Translations under genes and position numbers: made by a program | Shown: piece by piece, positions 42,234 through 52,323 of the stretch | How positions within the stretch are numbered: position 1 is the first letter of the stretch | How the letters are laid out: the number at the start of each line of letters is the position of its first letter | DNA from: an uncultured delta proteobacterium | GTDB lineage: Bacteria; Desulfobacterota; Syntrophia; Syntrophales; UBA2185 | Direction: 5' to 3' | Assembly (NCBI GenBank): GCA_963729715.1 | Contig: CAVSPA010000006.1 | Coordinates: forward strand, 160,001 to 224,000 | Length of the DNA: 64,000 nt | Notes under the pieces: generated by a model | The model's database searches: none | What the model saw: the letters and a program-made list of their open reading frames with translations, nothing else | Told to the model about the DNA's origin: nothing

Positions 42234-42316
42234 ACATCAGCTCCTGTGTGAGTTTTCATGACGGCCATCTCCCCCGTTCATTTTTTAAACCTGCCGCCCC
42301 TTTAATCATTCGGTCT

Positions 42317-43402
42317 CTATTTTCTTTCGTATTCCGGTCTGGGTTTGGGCTGCTCGCGCTTTCTCTGCTGCTTTTTCCTTTTCTCCTCCATTTCTCTTTT
42401 TTTCCTTAAGTTTTCGCGTTGCTCCTTTTGCTTGTATTTATCCTCAAACCTCTTTCTTTGGACAAGCTGCCTGTCCGACGGCTTATTGAGCAATCTCTGC
42501 TTATCTTTATCCTGGCTTCCCTTGAGGCGATCGGCGATCTCCTTCTTTTCCCTATTCCGCATCTGCGTCCTCTCATTATATCTCCTGAGAAGAACTTCCT
42601 TCTCCGGTATTTTAACGCGCTTGGTCTCCTGCATCTTCTTATAAATAAGATTCCTGTTATAAAGGGTGGTTCTATTTTGGGGGTTCAAGGCGACAGCCTT
42701 ATTCATGTCCTTCATCGCACTGTCATACCTTCCAAGTTGAACGTACACCGCCCCGCGATTGCTGTAGCCCTTGGCATCATTGGGTCTTAGTACTACAACC
42801 ATGTCGTATGCCCTCAGAGCCTCCTGGTAATTACCTGAGTACGTTTGGTACTGCCCCTTTTCAAACCAATCCGTGGCTACCAGCGTATTAACTGCTTTTT
42901 TGTACTCCTCTTCCGGCTTCTCTGTGGTCGCTTCGGCCGCCGCCAATTGCTGCTGCAAAGCATCAATCTCTCTGAGTGCCTGTGACGCCTCGTCCCTCGC
43001 CTCTGCAAGATCCTTAAGCAGTTGCTGATTGTTTCGCAATTTTTCTATCGAAGAGGCAACCTCGTCTGGATCGGCAGTTATCTTTGCCTTAAGCCAATAT
43101 TCTTTTCCGTTCCAGTTTTCTTCGAGAATGGTTGTCTGGACAACTCCCGCAGCCAGAGTCGTTATTTCATCTTTGGCAACCTGGTAATCTCTAACGACCG
43201 TAACGCTTTCCACGTACGTGCCCAGTTCCTCGAGAAGGAGCCTCTTTACCTGTTCAAGGGCGATGGCACGGCATGATATCTTGCTGTCTATTTCGCCGGC
43301 TTCGTAAGTGTATTCACGGACAAACGTCTTCGTTTCCGCACGCAGGGGGACAGCTGCAAAAAATAGTGAGAAGCAGGTTAAATATAATATGATCTTTTTC
43401 AC
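42317..43402 (-). CDS. Exported TPR-repeat protein with highly charged C-terminus
   Basis: GTG start MKKIILYL... signal peptide; TPR segments WFEKG...YSNRG...; K/R/E/Q-rich tail. Confidence 0.75.
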   Translation of the reverse strand: MKKIILYLTCFSLFFAAVPLRAETKTFVREYTYEAGEIDSKISCRAIALEQVKRLLLEELGTYVESVTVVRDYQVAKDEITTLAAGVVQTTILEENWNGKEYWLKAKITADPDEVASSIEKLRNNQQLLKDLAEARDEASQALREIDALQQQLAAAEATTEKPEEEYKKAVNTLVATDWFEKGQYQTYSGNYQEALRAYDMVVVLRPNDAKGYSNRGAVYVQLGRYDSAMKDMNKAVALNPQNRTTLYNRNLIYKKMQETKRVKIPEKEVLLRRYNERTQMRNREKKEIADRLKGSQDKDKQRLLNKPSDRQLVQRKRFEDKYKQKEQRENLRKKREMEEKRKKQQRKREQPKPRPEYERK

Positions 43403-43776
43403 TTCAAGACGATCCGGTTTGCATCTACAAGGGCCAACCGGTAGCCCATGAAGGGCTTCCGCTCGGTGGGGGCGACGGAGCTGTTGATAAGCACCCACCC
43501 GCCCGGCTTGAGTCCCCGCGTGACGTTAACGCCATGGAGAAGAGTCTGATCTTGGACCAGTACGCGATCTGGGTAATTCACATTTGTCCGCAGCAAAATC
43601 TTGTCTTTGTCGAGGCGGACGTAAGCCCCCACAGGGGCTCCTCGCCTTTCCACACCGAAGAAAGGAAAACTTTGCACCTGGTAGCCGGCGCGGAAGAAAG
43701 CCTTGGCCAGCAGGATTGTTGCAACTACGGTACCTTGGCCGCCGCGCCCGTGAAAACGGATTTCAAGCATAGTCAA
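43399..43776 (-). pseudogene. porC: Truncated 2-oxoacid:ferredoxin oxidoreductase gamma subunit
   Basis: EIRFHGRGGQG, FGVERRGAPV; stops after VDANRIV at 125 aa; no alpha/beta/delta genes follow. Confidence 0.75.
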
Positions 43777-43788
43777 CTGTCCACATAT

Positions 43789-44394
43789 TTATGCCTTGCT
43801 CCATACCACCGCTATTGCCCTGGCCGGTTTTCCGTCGAGAGAGCGGAGACCGTGATTTATGTCCGATTCAAAGTAGATAGTGTCGCCTGGATCAAGTCTT
43901 TCCACTCGCTCGTCGGTCCGGAATTCCAGCCTCCCTTCGATGACAAATAAGAATTCTTCGCCTTCGTGGTTTGTAAAAACCATATCACCCGTATCCACGG
44001 GCTGAAATTCTACCAGAAGAGGTTCCATATGCTTGTCGCCCTTGTGCGTTTCAAGGGATTCGTAAATATAATCGATCTCGCCCTCATGGTGATGGTGGGG
44101 ACGGCGCTTTATCTTGACCCTTTCGCCGCTGCGTGTGACCGATATTTTCGTATCAGCCGCTTCCTCCTCGAAGAAAGAGGCCATGCCCACATTGAACGCC
44201 CTCGCGAGTTTCAGGAGTGTGGCCACAGGAGGCACCACATCGCCATTTTCAATCTCAGCCAGAATGGTTTTGGCGATACCGGTCTTCGCTGCCAGGTCCT
44301 GAAGCGTGATATGTTTCTTGTGCCGGAGTTCTTTTACGGTGCGTCCGATTCTTAGTCCCTCGCCGGACCTATCCATATCATTATTTCTTGCCAT
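43789..44394 (-). CDS. XRE-family HTH + cupin regulator
   Basis: TLQDLAAKTGI...IENG; HEGEEF..V.EG; GDTIYFES. Confidence 0.92.
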   Translation of the reverse strand: MARNNDMDRSGEGLRIGRTVKELRHKKHITLQDLAAKTGIAKTILAEIENGDVVPPVATLLKLARAFNVGMASFFEEEAADTKISVTRSGERVKIKRRPHHHHEGEIDYIYESLETHKGDKHMEPLLVEFQPVDTGDMVFTNHEGEEFLFVIEGRLEFRTDERVERLDPGDTIYFESDINHGLRSLDGKPARAIAVVWSKA

Positions 44395-44539
44395 CTCTGC
44401 ACCTCGGCGAAAGTCATTTAGGGTGAAAAAATCTGTTTGAAAGGAAATTTTAAGGCTGCCATTTTCTTACAAAGCGGATTATAAGACAGGATAGTATAGT
44501 AAGTCAAGAAGCAGGAATAAGAAAACACCTGGTGATAAA

Positions 44540-46288
44540 TTAATTGCTAAAAGAGTAGATTTGAGCAATACGCGCCGGCTCTTCTTTACCCGCGGTAGAT
44601 ACTTTGTTGCGCCCGGTGCGCTTCGCGACGTAAAGGGCGGCATCGGCAGCTTGGAGAACTGTTTCCCCCGTCGCACCATGCTCCGGAAAGCTGGCGACTC
44701 CCAGGGAAAGCGTGATGCTGTCAAGCGGCTTGCCGTTATAGTAAATCTTCAGATCCTGTACGAGCTTTCTTAACGTTTCGGCGCGTTTTTCGGTAATATC
44801 CATAGGGGCCCCCGGTAATATCAGTGTAAATTCTTCCCCGCCGTACCTGCACGCGACGTCTTCTTTGCGAATGTTGCTTTGTAAGAATTTCCCCAGATCA
44901 CGGAGCACTAAGTCACCTGCCTCATGGCCGAAAGTATTATTGAATCTTCGAAAGTGATCTATGTCTATCATGATAATTCCGAGGGGAGTTTCGTAACGCT
45001 TGGCTCGACTTATTTCCCGGATCAGAGTTTCCTCCATGTAGCGTCGATTGAAAAGACCAGTCAGGGGATCATGAATGGCCTGTTGTTTCAATGTATCTCT
45101 GAGCTTTATGTTTGAGAGCGCCAGTGCCAGATAGTCAGCTACCGTTACAGCCAGTTGCTGCATCTCTTCGTTAAATCCCTCCGAAATTTCGTCAAATCCC
45201 GGCTTGGCGGAAGTCGACGGGGAAATCCTTTGCTGCAAATGAAGCATTCCGAGGGTTTCCCCCTGTGCCGCCAAGGGAACGCACAAACCGCTTTTTCTGC
45301 CGCCGCCTAAGATATGCCGGCAGCATGAATCCGAGCGGAAATCGGCCGTAATATGTATATTTCCTTCTTGAAGAGCGAAACAATCTTCTGCAGGGAAAGT
45401 CTTTTCCCCGGACAGGGCCTTTCCCCAGGAAGTTACGGCCCCAAATAAATTCAGGGGAGAGTTGAGGATGAAAAGAGATCCGGCCGCAAGAGGAAATAAA
45501 TTCTGAGCGAATTGGCTTATGATGGGGTACGTTTCTTCAAGTGAGATGCAGCCCTGAAGTCTCTCCGACATTTGATTGAACAGATTGAGCCTTTGTTGAC
45601 GCAAGCCGTATTCATAAACCATGGAGTGAAGTTTGTAATTGGTCTGCTCCAACACACCTTCCATCTTTTCGCGTTCGGCGACTTCGTGTTGCAGTTCGTC
45701 ATTGATTCTCCTGAGGTCTGCCGTGCGCCTGTAAACGGTTTCTTCCAGGTGAGATTTGTGCTTTTTTAACTCCTCTTCAACCCGCTCCCTGTCCATGATT
45801 TCCTGCTGAAGTTGAATATTCTTCTCCCCCAGTTGCCGTTGCAAACGGCACAGTGAAATATGTGTTTCAACTCTGGCCAAGACCTCGGGCAAATGAAAAG
45901 GCTTGGTGATGTAGTCAATGCCACCGGCTTGAAAGCCCTTCACGATATCGATGGTCTCATCAAGGCTGCTTATGAAAATTACTGGCATACTGTAGCCCTG
46001 TCGGTCGGATTTTAGATGATGGCAGACCTCATAACCATCCATATCCGGCATTCTTATATCCAACAGGATCAAGTCCGGTGCTTCTGCCGCCACGGAACTC
46101 AGCGCCCCAGAGCCGCTCGCGGCTGAGCGAACGCGATAGCCCTGTCTGGTGAGGGTGTCTGTAAGCAGTTCAATAATGTCCGGGGAATCATCCACGACCA
46201 GAATCTGAGGGGAATTCTCCTTAGGCAGGTCCGCAGTCTGTTTGTCTTTCACACCTTCTGCTTGTAATTTATTGTCCCGCTGATCCAT
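44540..46288 (-). CDS. REC-coiled coil-GAF-GGDEF diguanylate cyclase
   Basis: LILLDIRMP, DPLTGLFNRR, DIDHF, RKED I-site, RYGGEEF. Confidence 0.95.
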   Translation of the reverse strand: MDQRDNKLQAEGVKDKQTADLPKENSPQILVVDDSPDIIELLTDTLTRQGYRVRSAASGSGALSSVAAEAPDLILLDIRMPDMDGYEVCHHLKSDRQGYSMPVIFISSLDETIDIVKGFQAGGIDYITKPFHLPEVLARVETHISLCRLQRQLGEKNIQLQQEIMDRERVEEELKKHKSHLEETVYRRTADLRRINDELQHEVAEREKMEGVLEQTNYKLHSMVYEYGLRQQRLNLFNQMSERLQGCISLEETYPIISQFAQNLFPLAAGSLFILNSPLNLFGAVTSWGKALSGEKTFPAEDCFALQEGNIHITADFRSDSCCRHILGGGRKSGLCVPLAAQGETLGMLHLQQRISPSTSAKPGFDEISEGFNEEMQQLAVTVADYLALALSNIKLRDTLKQQAIHDPLTGLFNRRYMEETLIREISRAKRYETPLGIIMIDIDHFRRFNNTFGHEAGDLVLRDLGKFLQSNIRKEDVACRYGGEEFTLILPGAPMDITEKRAETLRKLVQDLKIYYNGKPLDSITLSLGVASFPEHGATGETVLQAADAALYVAKRTGRNKVSTAGKEEPARIAQIYSFSN

Positions 46289-46793
46289 CTTGCCCCAATC
46301 CGTTTATAGTCGGTCCTAATATTTTCCCTCACAGAGACATGCTCTATGCTCATGCCGCTGCTGCCATGAATAAATTATCGACGTGACAAATATATTCGTG
46401 TTGCTTCAGAATGATCATCTCTTTCAAAGCACAATATATTACCGTAATACAAAAGTACGCGAAAATATTTAACCAATTTATTGTCGCAATAAGTCGGAAA
46501 AAGATTTATGGTCCCTTGAAATGGATTATCGGTGCTTTTGAGCGTATACTTTAGAAAAAATGAAGAGTATTGCCTATTTTATGGCATATTCTAACTCGTT
46601 TGCTTTCTTTTTCATAAAGTATGCACTTGTAATCTCCGGTGAAAACATTTAAAACTACTCGCGGCTTCTTGTCGGCAGATATAATTTGACCTGTTGTCAT
46701 AATCTCGAAAGAGTCTCTTCGCTGTCACAGATGACGGCTTTTCCGCACTTTGTATTTACGGAGCGAGCCAGTTTACCTCAGGTGCAATAAAAA

Positions 46794-47486
46794 ATGGATA
46801 AAGATGCATCAGATCCCATTGTCTCCGAACATGAATTGCGGGTCTTGATTAAAGCTTTAACGAAATCCGTCGAATATATCCATAGGAGACATCTTATACT
46901 GACGTTTATAGCGGGCTTGCTGATTGGTTTGGGCGCCGGGTTTCTGATTACCAATCTGGCTAACATGAATCAGAAAAAACCTCCGGATGTCGAAATATTG
47001 CTGAAGAAGGCGGATGACACCCTGCAGGAATTGCAGCAACTCAGGTCCGTGATGAACAGCTTTAATGCAGCGAAACCGGGTGACACCGGTGAAAAGACAA
47101 CAGTTCTCGAGAAGGAATCAATTGCACCGCAAAGGAAGGCGGAGGGAGTAGAGGTCATAAAGGATATCTCCGCATCACCCGCGGCCTGCAAGATTCACAT
47201 CCACTATGCCCGGCAGGAGGACAAGGAAACGGCGGAGGCATTTTCCGATTTTTTGAGGAAACAGGGATATACCTCCGTTGACACCGAGAGGATACAGCAC
47301 AAATGGAGAGACATCCGGTATTTTCATGGTGAAGACAGACAAGCGGCGCTGCTCCTGCAGAAGCAGTTTAACGATTTTGTTGCACAGTCAACTTCTGCTA
47401 AAGAGATTAATTTAAAGATCAAGAATCTGGGAAAGAGCTATCCCCGGGCGCAAAAAGGATCGCTTGAAGTATGGGTGCATTTTTGA
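46794..47486 (+). CDS. Single-TM hypothetical protein with small C-terminal extracytoplasmic domain
   Basis: TM LILTFIAGLLIGLGAGFLI; C-terminal DIRYFH...LEVWVHF. Confidence 0.7.
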   Translation: MDKDASDPIVSEHELRVLIKALTKSVEYIHRRHLILTFIAGLLIGLGAGFLITNLANMNQKKPPDVEILLKKADDTLQELQQLRSVMNSFNAAKPGDTGEKTTVLEKESIAPQRKAEGVEVIKDISASPAACKIHIHYARQEDKETAEAFSDFLRKQGYTSVDTERIQHKWRDIRYFHGEDRQAALLLQKQFNDFVAQSTSAKEINLKIKNLGKSYPRAQKGSLEVWVHF

Positions 47487-47524
47487 GATCAGGTCGTCAG
47501 ATGGTCAATGAAGCAGAACGATAA

Positions 47525-48184
47525 ATGCCAGAACTCATATCAGAAAGCTACATAATACTGATTGTCGGGATAATGGTCATATCGGGAGGATTGGGCGGTA
47601 TGGTAAGCGCTCTCTTGAGCGCGAGAGACGATCAGCCATTCTTTAGTTTAGCTATCAAACATAGCTTGATAGGTGTGGTCGCTGCATTAACAGTCCCGTT
47701 GTTACTCAACCTGCTGTCCAGTGATTTGCTCGATTCCGGACAGACGAGACCTCTGAAACTGCTCAACCTAAGCGGTTTGTGTATTTTCTTTGCGGTGTTC
47801 TCGACCAGATTTCTTGAGCGTATCTATGGAAGCAGATTAAAAGGTGAGGGGCAGTATGGTCAGGAGGTTAATAAGAACGGCGATCAGTCCGACAGAATAG
47901 AAGAACAAATAGTTAAGACGACGCCTGCAAAGAGCCCTGACAAGGCAAAAAAACCGGAAAACCAGTCAATAATCTTGCGGGAGCTGGCAGTTGCAGAAGG
48001 TGCAAAACTGACTCTCACAGATCTTATGACGAATACAGAAATATCGCAAAAGGACTTTGATGAAACCGTCTCTCTGCTCATGGCCAAAGGGGCAGTAGCG
48101 CAGGAGTTGAGCAGCGGCAATCAGCTTAAGCTTGTATTAACGCCACGGGGACGGCAACAGTTGAACAAGACATCCGCCAATTGA
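47525..48184 (+). CDS. Three-TM protein resembling the YLATT (YEATS-associated) domain, with C-terminal winged-helix-like region
   Basis: GGLGG.V, IGVVAALTVPLLLNLLSSDLL, GLCIFFAVFSTRFLERI; C-terminal LTPRGRQQL. Confidence 0.6.
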   Translation: MPELISESYIILIVGIMVISGGLGGMVSALLSARDDQPFFSLAIKHSLIGVVAALTVPLLLNLLSSDLLDSGQTRPLKLLNLSGLCIFFAVFSTRFLERIYGSRLKGEGQYGQEVNKNGDQSDRIEEQIVKTTPAKSPDKAKKPENQSIILRELAVAEGAKLTLTDLMTNTEISQKDFDETVSLLMAKGAVAQELSSGNQLKLVLTPRGRQQLNKTSAN

Positions 48185-48244
48185 CATCAAGCGGTTCATT
48201 TCAAACATCCTATCGCATACGCGTATGTGATAAAAGTCCTCTAT

Positions 48245-49318
48245 TCATAGCTACTTTTTCCTTCTGAAACAGATTAGCATGGCGATAGCGATGGCCAGCA
48301 TCATGCCCCAGATGAAGAAGTACCCCCAATGCCATTCAAGCTCCGGCATATACTTGAAATTCATGCCGTATACGGCGGCCAAGAATGTCAGCGGCATAAA
48401 TACAGTGGCGATAATAGTTAACACTTTCATAATTTCATTCTATTACTGATACTTGATAAGCATATGTCGAGTCTGCCGGAGAGCATATCTCGGAAGATCT
48501 CTACGGTATCGATCACCTGGATCGTATGATCGTAAATGTCTTTCAGGTAAACATCCGTAGATTCATCAACAAGCTGGCATCCCGTACGTTCAAGGGTGCT
48601 GATGGCTTCCCGGAGAGGCCAGACCGTTTTCCTCAGAAAAATCATTTCTCGTTTCAGGTTTTGAATAGCCTGAAGTATTTCTGCCGAGGGGTTTTGAATC
48701 AGTGATTCCTCGAGGATCTCGATTCGCTCACCCAGTTGTTCGAGAATAGTGAAATAGTTGTCGACTATCGAATCGATGAGGGCGTACGCCAGGTAATCTG
48801 CTCCAGATTTTCTCAGCCGTCCTTTGCCGGCGCGGATTCTCTCCCGGACGAGTCTGAATATATCTCTTTCTCTTTCTCTTTCTCTTTCCTGGAAAGATAT
48901 GACAAATGTCCGGCCGAGGAGGATACTTATCTGTTCGGAATGGAACTCGTTTGCTTGGGCGTCGTTGCTGTAGAAGGCTTTGAGAACGATATAGATGTAG
49001 TCGCAGGAATCCTCCATCTTGGGGCGTTGGTCGGAATTGAGGATATCTTCCTGGGTGAGGGGATGCAGGCCAAAGATGGTTCCCAACTCTTCGAGTGCCT
49101 GCACGTCATGAATGCCGTTGACATGTATCCATGTGACTGTCGGACGATCCTTGAATTGCACGCATTCACGCGCCGTGCTGATTTCCTTCTCCTCGATATG
49201 CGTCGTCGTAGTCCAAAACGGTAATTTTTGTTTTTTCGGTTAATCGGTTCCCGATGTGAACGAGAGACCTAGGGGAAAGACCGGTCTTTCCCGATCTTTT
49301 CTTGAGCCATCTGGACAT
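48245..49318 (-). pseudogene. corA: CorA Mg/Co transporter pseudogene
   Basis: LHPLTQEDI, QRPKME, YGMNF, MPEL; frameshifts near 49200 and 48435; terminal KKW codon reads TAG. Confidence 0.9.
48863..48886. repeat. (TCTCTT)4 microsatellite inside corA
   Basis: Four exact hexamer copies encoding ERERERER. Confidence 0.85.
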
Positions 49319-49323
49319 TATCT

Positions 49324-50763
49324 TCAGCTCCTTATCTTGATTACTACTTTTATGGATGGTTCCCTTCTGCCTTCGAATTGAACCTCTGAGGGCACAATCA
49401 GCCTTGGTGCAAATGTAGTTGTTGAAGTTAGTTGGCTTAAGTCAATCGGTGTCGTCCTTATCCGAATTTTGGTGTGAAGCAGCTTGCCCGGTGCTAGAAC
49501 CCTAACTGCCGGAGGTGTCACCGTGATCTTCTGGATGGCAACTCCCGGGGGCGGCGCATTTTTAGTTACAACCTCGACAGGAACGGAAATATGGACAAAC
49601 CGTGACGCAGTGACGGTGATGCGACTGGGCTTGATCCCCACTATGGTTAGGTTTGAAGGTGCATCTATCATGTCTTTCGTGAGTACTATATCCTGTCTGC
49701 CTTCTTGGATCTGCGATAGATTCAAGGATATCTTGAGTGTGTCCATATTCAGAATCTGAAAGGTCTGCGGGGGACCAACAAGCATTACCTTAGCTTCAGA
49801 AATTTTAGGCTCTTTGATTACCCATTCAGGGGGTATGTTCAGATATTCAACAGGTATGGTAAAGTCCTTCTGGATTGATTCCCTCTGGTATCCGAAAATC
49901 ATCCAGAGGATACAGGCAAGGATAATGGCGATGACCTTCTCCTTCGTATTTTCTTTTAACCACCGTGCAAGAGGCCCCGGCTTCCTTAAGGGTGCTTTGC
50001 TTGTATAATAAGTTACCAGGACACCCTTGAGTGCTGATGCGCTGACTTCCCTGATCCGTTCACCTTCGGCAATGCAAATGGTTCCCCTTTCTTCCGAAAC
50101 AACTATGGAAATGGCGTCCGACCGTTCGGAGAGGCCGAGGGCGGCAGTATGGCGAAGACCAAGATTCTTGTAACGACTGGCATTCGGCGAGAGGGGCAGA
50201 TGGCATCCAAAACGAGTTACTACGTTTCCGTCAATTACAACGGCGCCGTCATGGCCTACGGAATGAGGATCAAAAATGCTTTCCAGCAGTGGCTCGCTGA
50301 GAGTGCCGTTCAGTTCCACGCCGCCACTGAGATGTCTGTCAAGAGGATCGCTTCCCTGGATAACAATCAGGGCACCGATATGCTTTCGTGCAAGATCGGC
50401 CACAGTCTGTGCTATGATTTCAGATGTCTGTCCATGTGATGTTGTCCTTTGAATCCTTTTCCTGATTATTCCCAGGATGGCAAGACGTTCAAAGAATCTC
50501 CGGAGGTCTTCCTGAAATATAACAACAAGAACGAAAAGAAGGATGGCAAAAAATCCCTGCAGGACGACTGTGGTGAGGTAAAGTTGGAAAAATTTGGCAA
50601 TGACGTAGATAAAACCCAGGAGACTGATGCCGATGAATACAAAACGTGAGGCTCTGTCTTTAATCCATATCAGGAGTACGGAAATGGCTATCGATATGAT
50701 GGCAATGTCAAGGACGTCCTGAATCCGCAGGCTCTGCAACATTGGCCAGATGCTATCTATCAT
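49324..50763 (-). CDS. dacA: Diadenylate cyclase (CdaA/DacA) fused to YbbR/CdaR-like domains
   Basis: Three N-terminal TMs, VIFQEDLRR, HDGAVVI, GLRHTAA, VSEERG; further TM followed by YbbR-like beta repeats. Confidence 0.9.
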   Translation of the reverse strand: MIDSIWPMLQSLRIQDVLDIAIISIAISVLLIWIKDRASRFVFIGISLLGFIYVIAKFFQLYLTTVVLQGFFAILLFVLVVIFQEDLRRFFERLAILGIIRKRIQRTTSHGQTSEIIAQTVADLARKHIGALIVIQGSDPLDRHLSGGVELNGTLSEPLLESIFDPHSVGHDGAVVIDGNVVTRFGCHLPLSPNASRYKNLGLRHTAALGLSERSDAISIVVSEERGTICIAEGERIREVSASALKGVLVTYYTSKAPLRKPGPLARWLKENTKEKVIAIILACILWMIFGYQRESIQKDFTIPVEYLNIPPEWVIKEPKISEAKVMLVGPPQTFQILNMDTLKISLNLSQIQEGRQDIVLTKDMIDAPSNLTIVGIKPSRITVTASRFVHISVPVEVVTKNAPPPGVAIQKITVTPPAVRVLAPGKLLHTKIRIRTTPIDLSQLTSTTTFAPRLIVPSEVQFEGRREPSIKVVIKIRS

Positions 50764-50941
50764 AATCTCTTTTCTTTCATGTCAGAAGGACCATCTGTCC
50801 GCATCTTGACTTTGTTAAATAAAACACGGTGATATAATTTTTGCAATAGACAATATTTATGAATCTCATTTTTTTCTTGACAACGGTTTCTGCTTATGGT
50901 TTTGTTAATTTAAAAGATTATTAGTAAGCGTGATAGACGGA

Positions 50942-51025
50942 ATGAACACAAACGGGTTGATCAAAGGCTTTTATTACTGGAACTACTATTTCCTATTGGT
51001 CTGCCTGTTGCTCGGGAGGAATTAG
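50942..51025 (+). CDS. Aromatic amino-acid attenuator leader peptide MNTNGLIKGFYYWNYYFLLVCLLLGRN
   Basis: Codons 10-17 are TTT TAT TAC TGG AAC TAC TAT TTC (7 of 8 aromatic); upstream of terminators and the aro operon. Confidence 0.85.
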   Translation: MNTNGLIKGFYYWNYYFLLVCLLLGRN

Positions 51026-51047
51026 CGCCAGTTAAATGAAACATAAG

Positions 51048-51092
51048 AGCCATGGGTAGACTGAAGGAAGCTGCCCATGGCTTTTTATTTTT
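51048..51092 (+). terminator. Attenuator terminator 1
   Basis: AGCCATGGGTAG...CTGCCCATGGCT followed by TTTTATTTTT. Confidence 0.85.
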
Positions 51093-51095
51093 GTG

Positions 51096-51131
51096 AGGCC
51101 ATGGGAAGAGTTGTTTCCATGGCCTTTTTCT
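51096..51131 (+). terminator. Tandem terminator-like hairpin 2
   Basis: AGGCCATGGGAA...TTTCCATGGCCT followed by TTTTCT. Confidence 0.75.
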
Positions 51132-51294
51132 ATTCATTGAGGTGCAGCATGTTCGAAAAGTCCCGCCCAAAGCGCGGGATTTACGGGATGTGCATTCAGC
51201 CAAGGCGACGCCTTGAGAAAAGGGAGCAGTCCAATCGCCTGCTGGCGGGTGGACAGGCATGGACTCTTAGATTTAATTTTGAAGGGGGAGAATC

Positions 51295-52323
51295 GTGATT
51301 ATCGTGATGAAGAAAAGTGCAACGGAAGGACAGATTGAGAACGTTATCGCTTGGATAGAATCCGTGGGATACAACGCCCATCCTTCACGGGGCGTTGAAC
51401 GGGCTATAATAGGTGCAGTCGGCGACGAGCGGGGCAAGGCTTTCCTGATGTCTGCAGAATCAATCTCCGGGGTGGAAAAGGTCGTATCCATTCTTAAGCC
51501 GTATAAACTGGCGAGCCGGGAGTCAAGGGAAGAAGATACCATCATACGGGTGGGAGAAGTGGAAATCGGCGGTCCACGCTTCGTAGTCATGGCCGGCCCT
51601 TGCTCCGTGGAAAGCGAAGAACAGGTGATGGAAAGCGCCTACATTGTAAAGAAGGGAGATGCGCAATTCCTCAGGGGCGGAGCATTCAAGCCAAGGACAT
51701 CCCCTTACAGCTTCCAGGGTATGGAAGAAGAGGGTCTCAAGTTGTTGGCAAAGGCTAGGGAGAAAACAGGCTTGCCTGTTGTTACGGAAGTCATGAATAC
51801 GGCAGACGTCGATCTCGTCGAGGCGTATGCTGATATAATGCAGGTCGGAGCGCGCAACATCCAGAACTTCCCCCTCCTCAAACAAGTTGGCCATTCACAG
51901 AAGCCGGTTCTCTTGAAGCGGGGAATGATGACCACAATCGAGGAACTGCTGATGTCGGCAGAATACATCCTCTCTTCCGGAAATAATCAGGTTATTCTCT
52001 GCGAGAGGGGCATTCGCACCTTTGAGACTGCCACCCGCAACACGCTGGATATTAGCGCGGTTCCGGTTTTGAAAGAATTAACCCATCTTCCGGTCATCGT
52101 TGACCCCAGTCACGCCTCGGGCAACTGGAAATATGTGATTCCTCTGAGCAGGGCAGCCATGGCCGTGGGGGCGGATGGACTTCTTGTCGAGGTTCATCCT
52201 GAGCCCGAGAAGGCTGTTTCTGACGGCGGTCAATCTCTCAAACCGGAAAAATTCTACCAGCTAATGGAAGAGATAAAGAGCCTGGAGGGCGTTATCAAGA
52301 AAAGGAAGCAGGTGTTTCGATGA
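51295..52323 (+). CDS. aroF: DAHP synthase type I-beta with N-terminal regulatory domain
   Basis: [34 protein letters not shown]. Confidence 0.96.
   Translation: MIIVMKKSATEGQIENVIAWIESVGYNAHPSRGVERAIIGAVGDERGKAFLMSAESISGVEKVVSILKPYKLASRESREEDTIIRVGEVEIGGPRFVVMAGPCSVESEEQVMESAYIVKKGDAQFLRGGAFKPRTSPYSFQGMEEEGLKLLAKAREKTGLPVVTEVMNTADVDLVEAYADIMQVGARNIQNFPLLKQVGHSQKPVLLKRGMMTTIEELLMSAEYILSSGNNQVILCERGIRTFETATRNTLDISAVPVLKELTHLPVIVDPSHASGNWKYVIPLSRAAMAVGADGLLVEVHPEPEKAVSDGGQSLKPEKFYQLMEEIKSLEGVIKKRKQVFR

Noticed and set aside
51077..51148. MAFYF...MAFFY as a second aromatic leader peptide
   Set aside because: The codons arise from terminator stems and T-tracts (ATGGC + TTTT); no RBS and the starts are buried in hairpins
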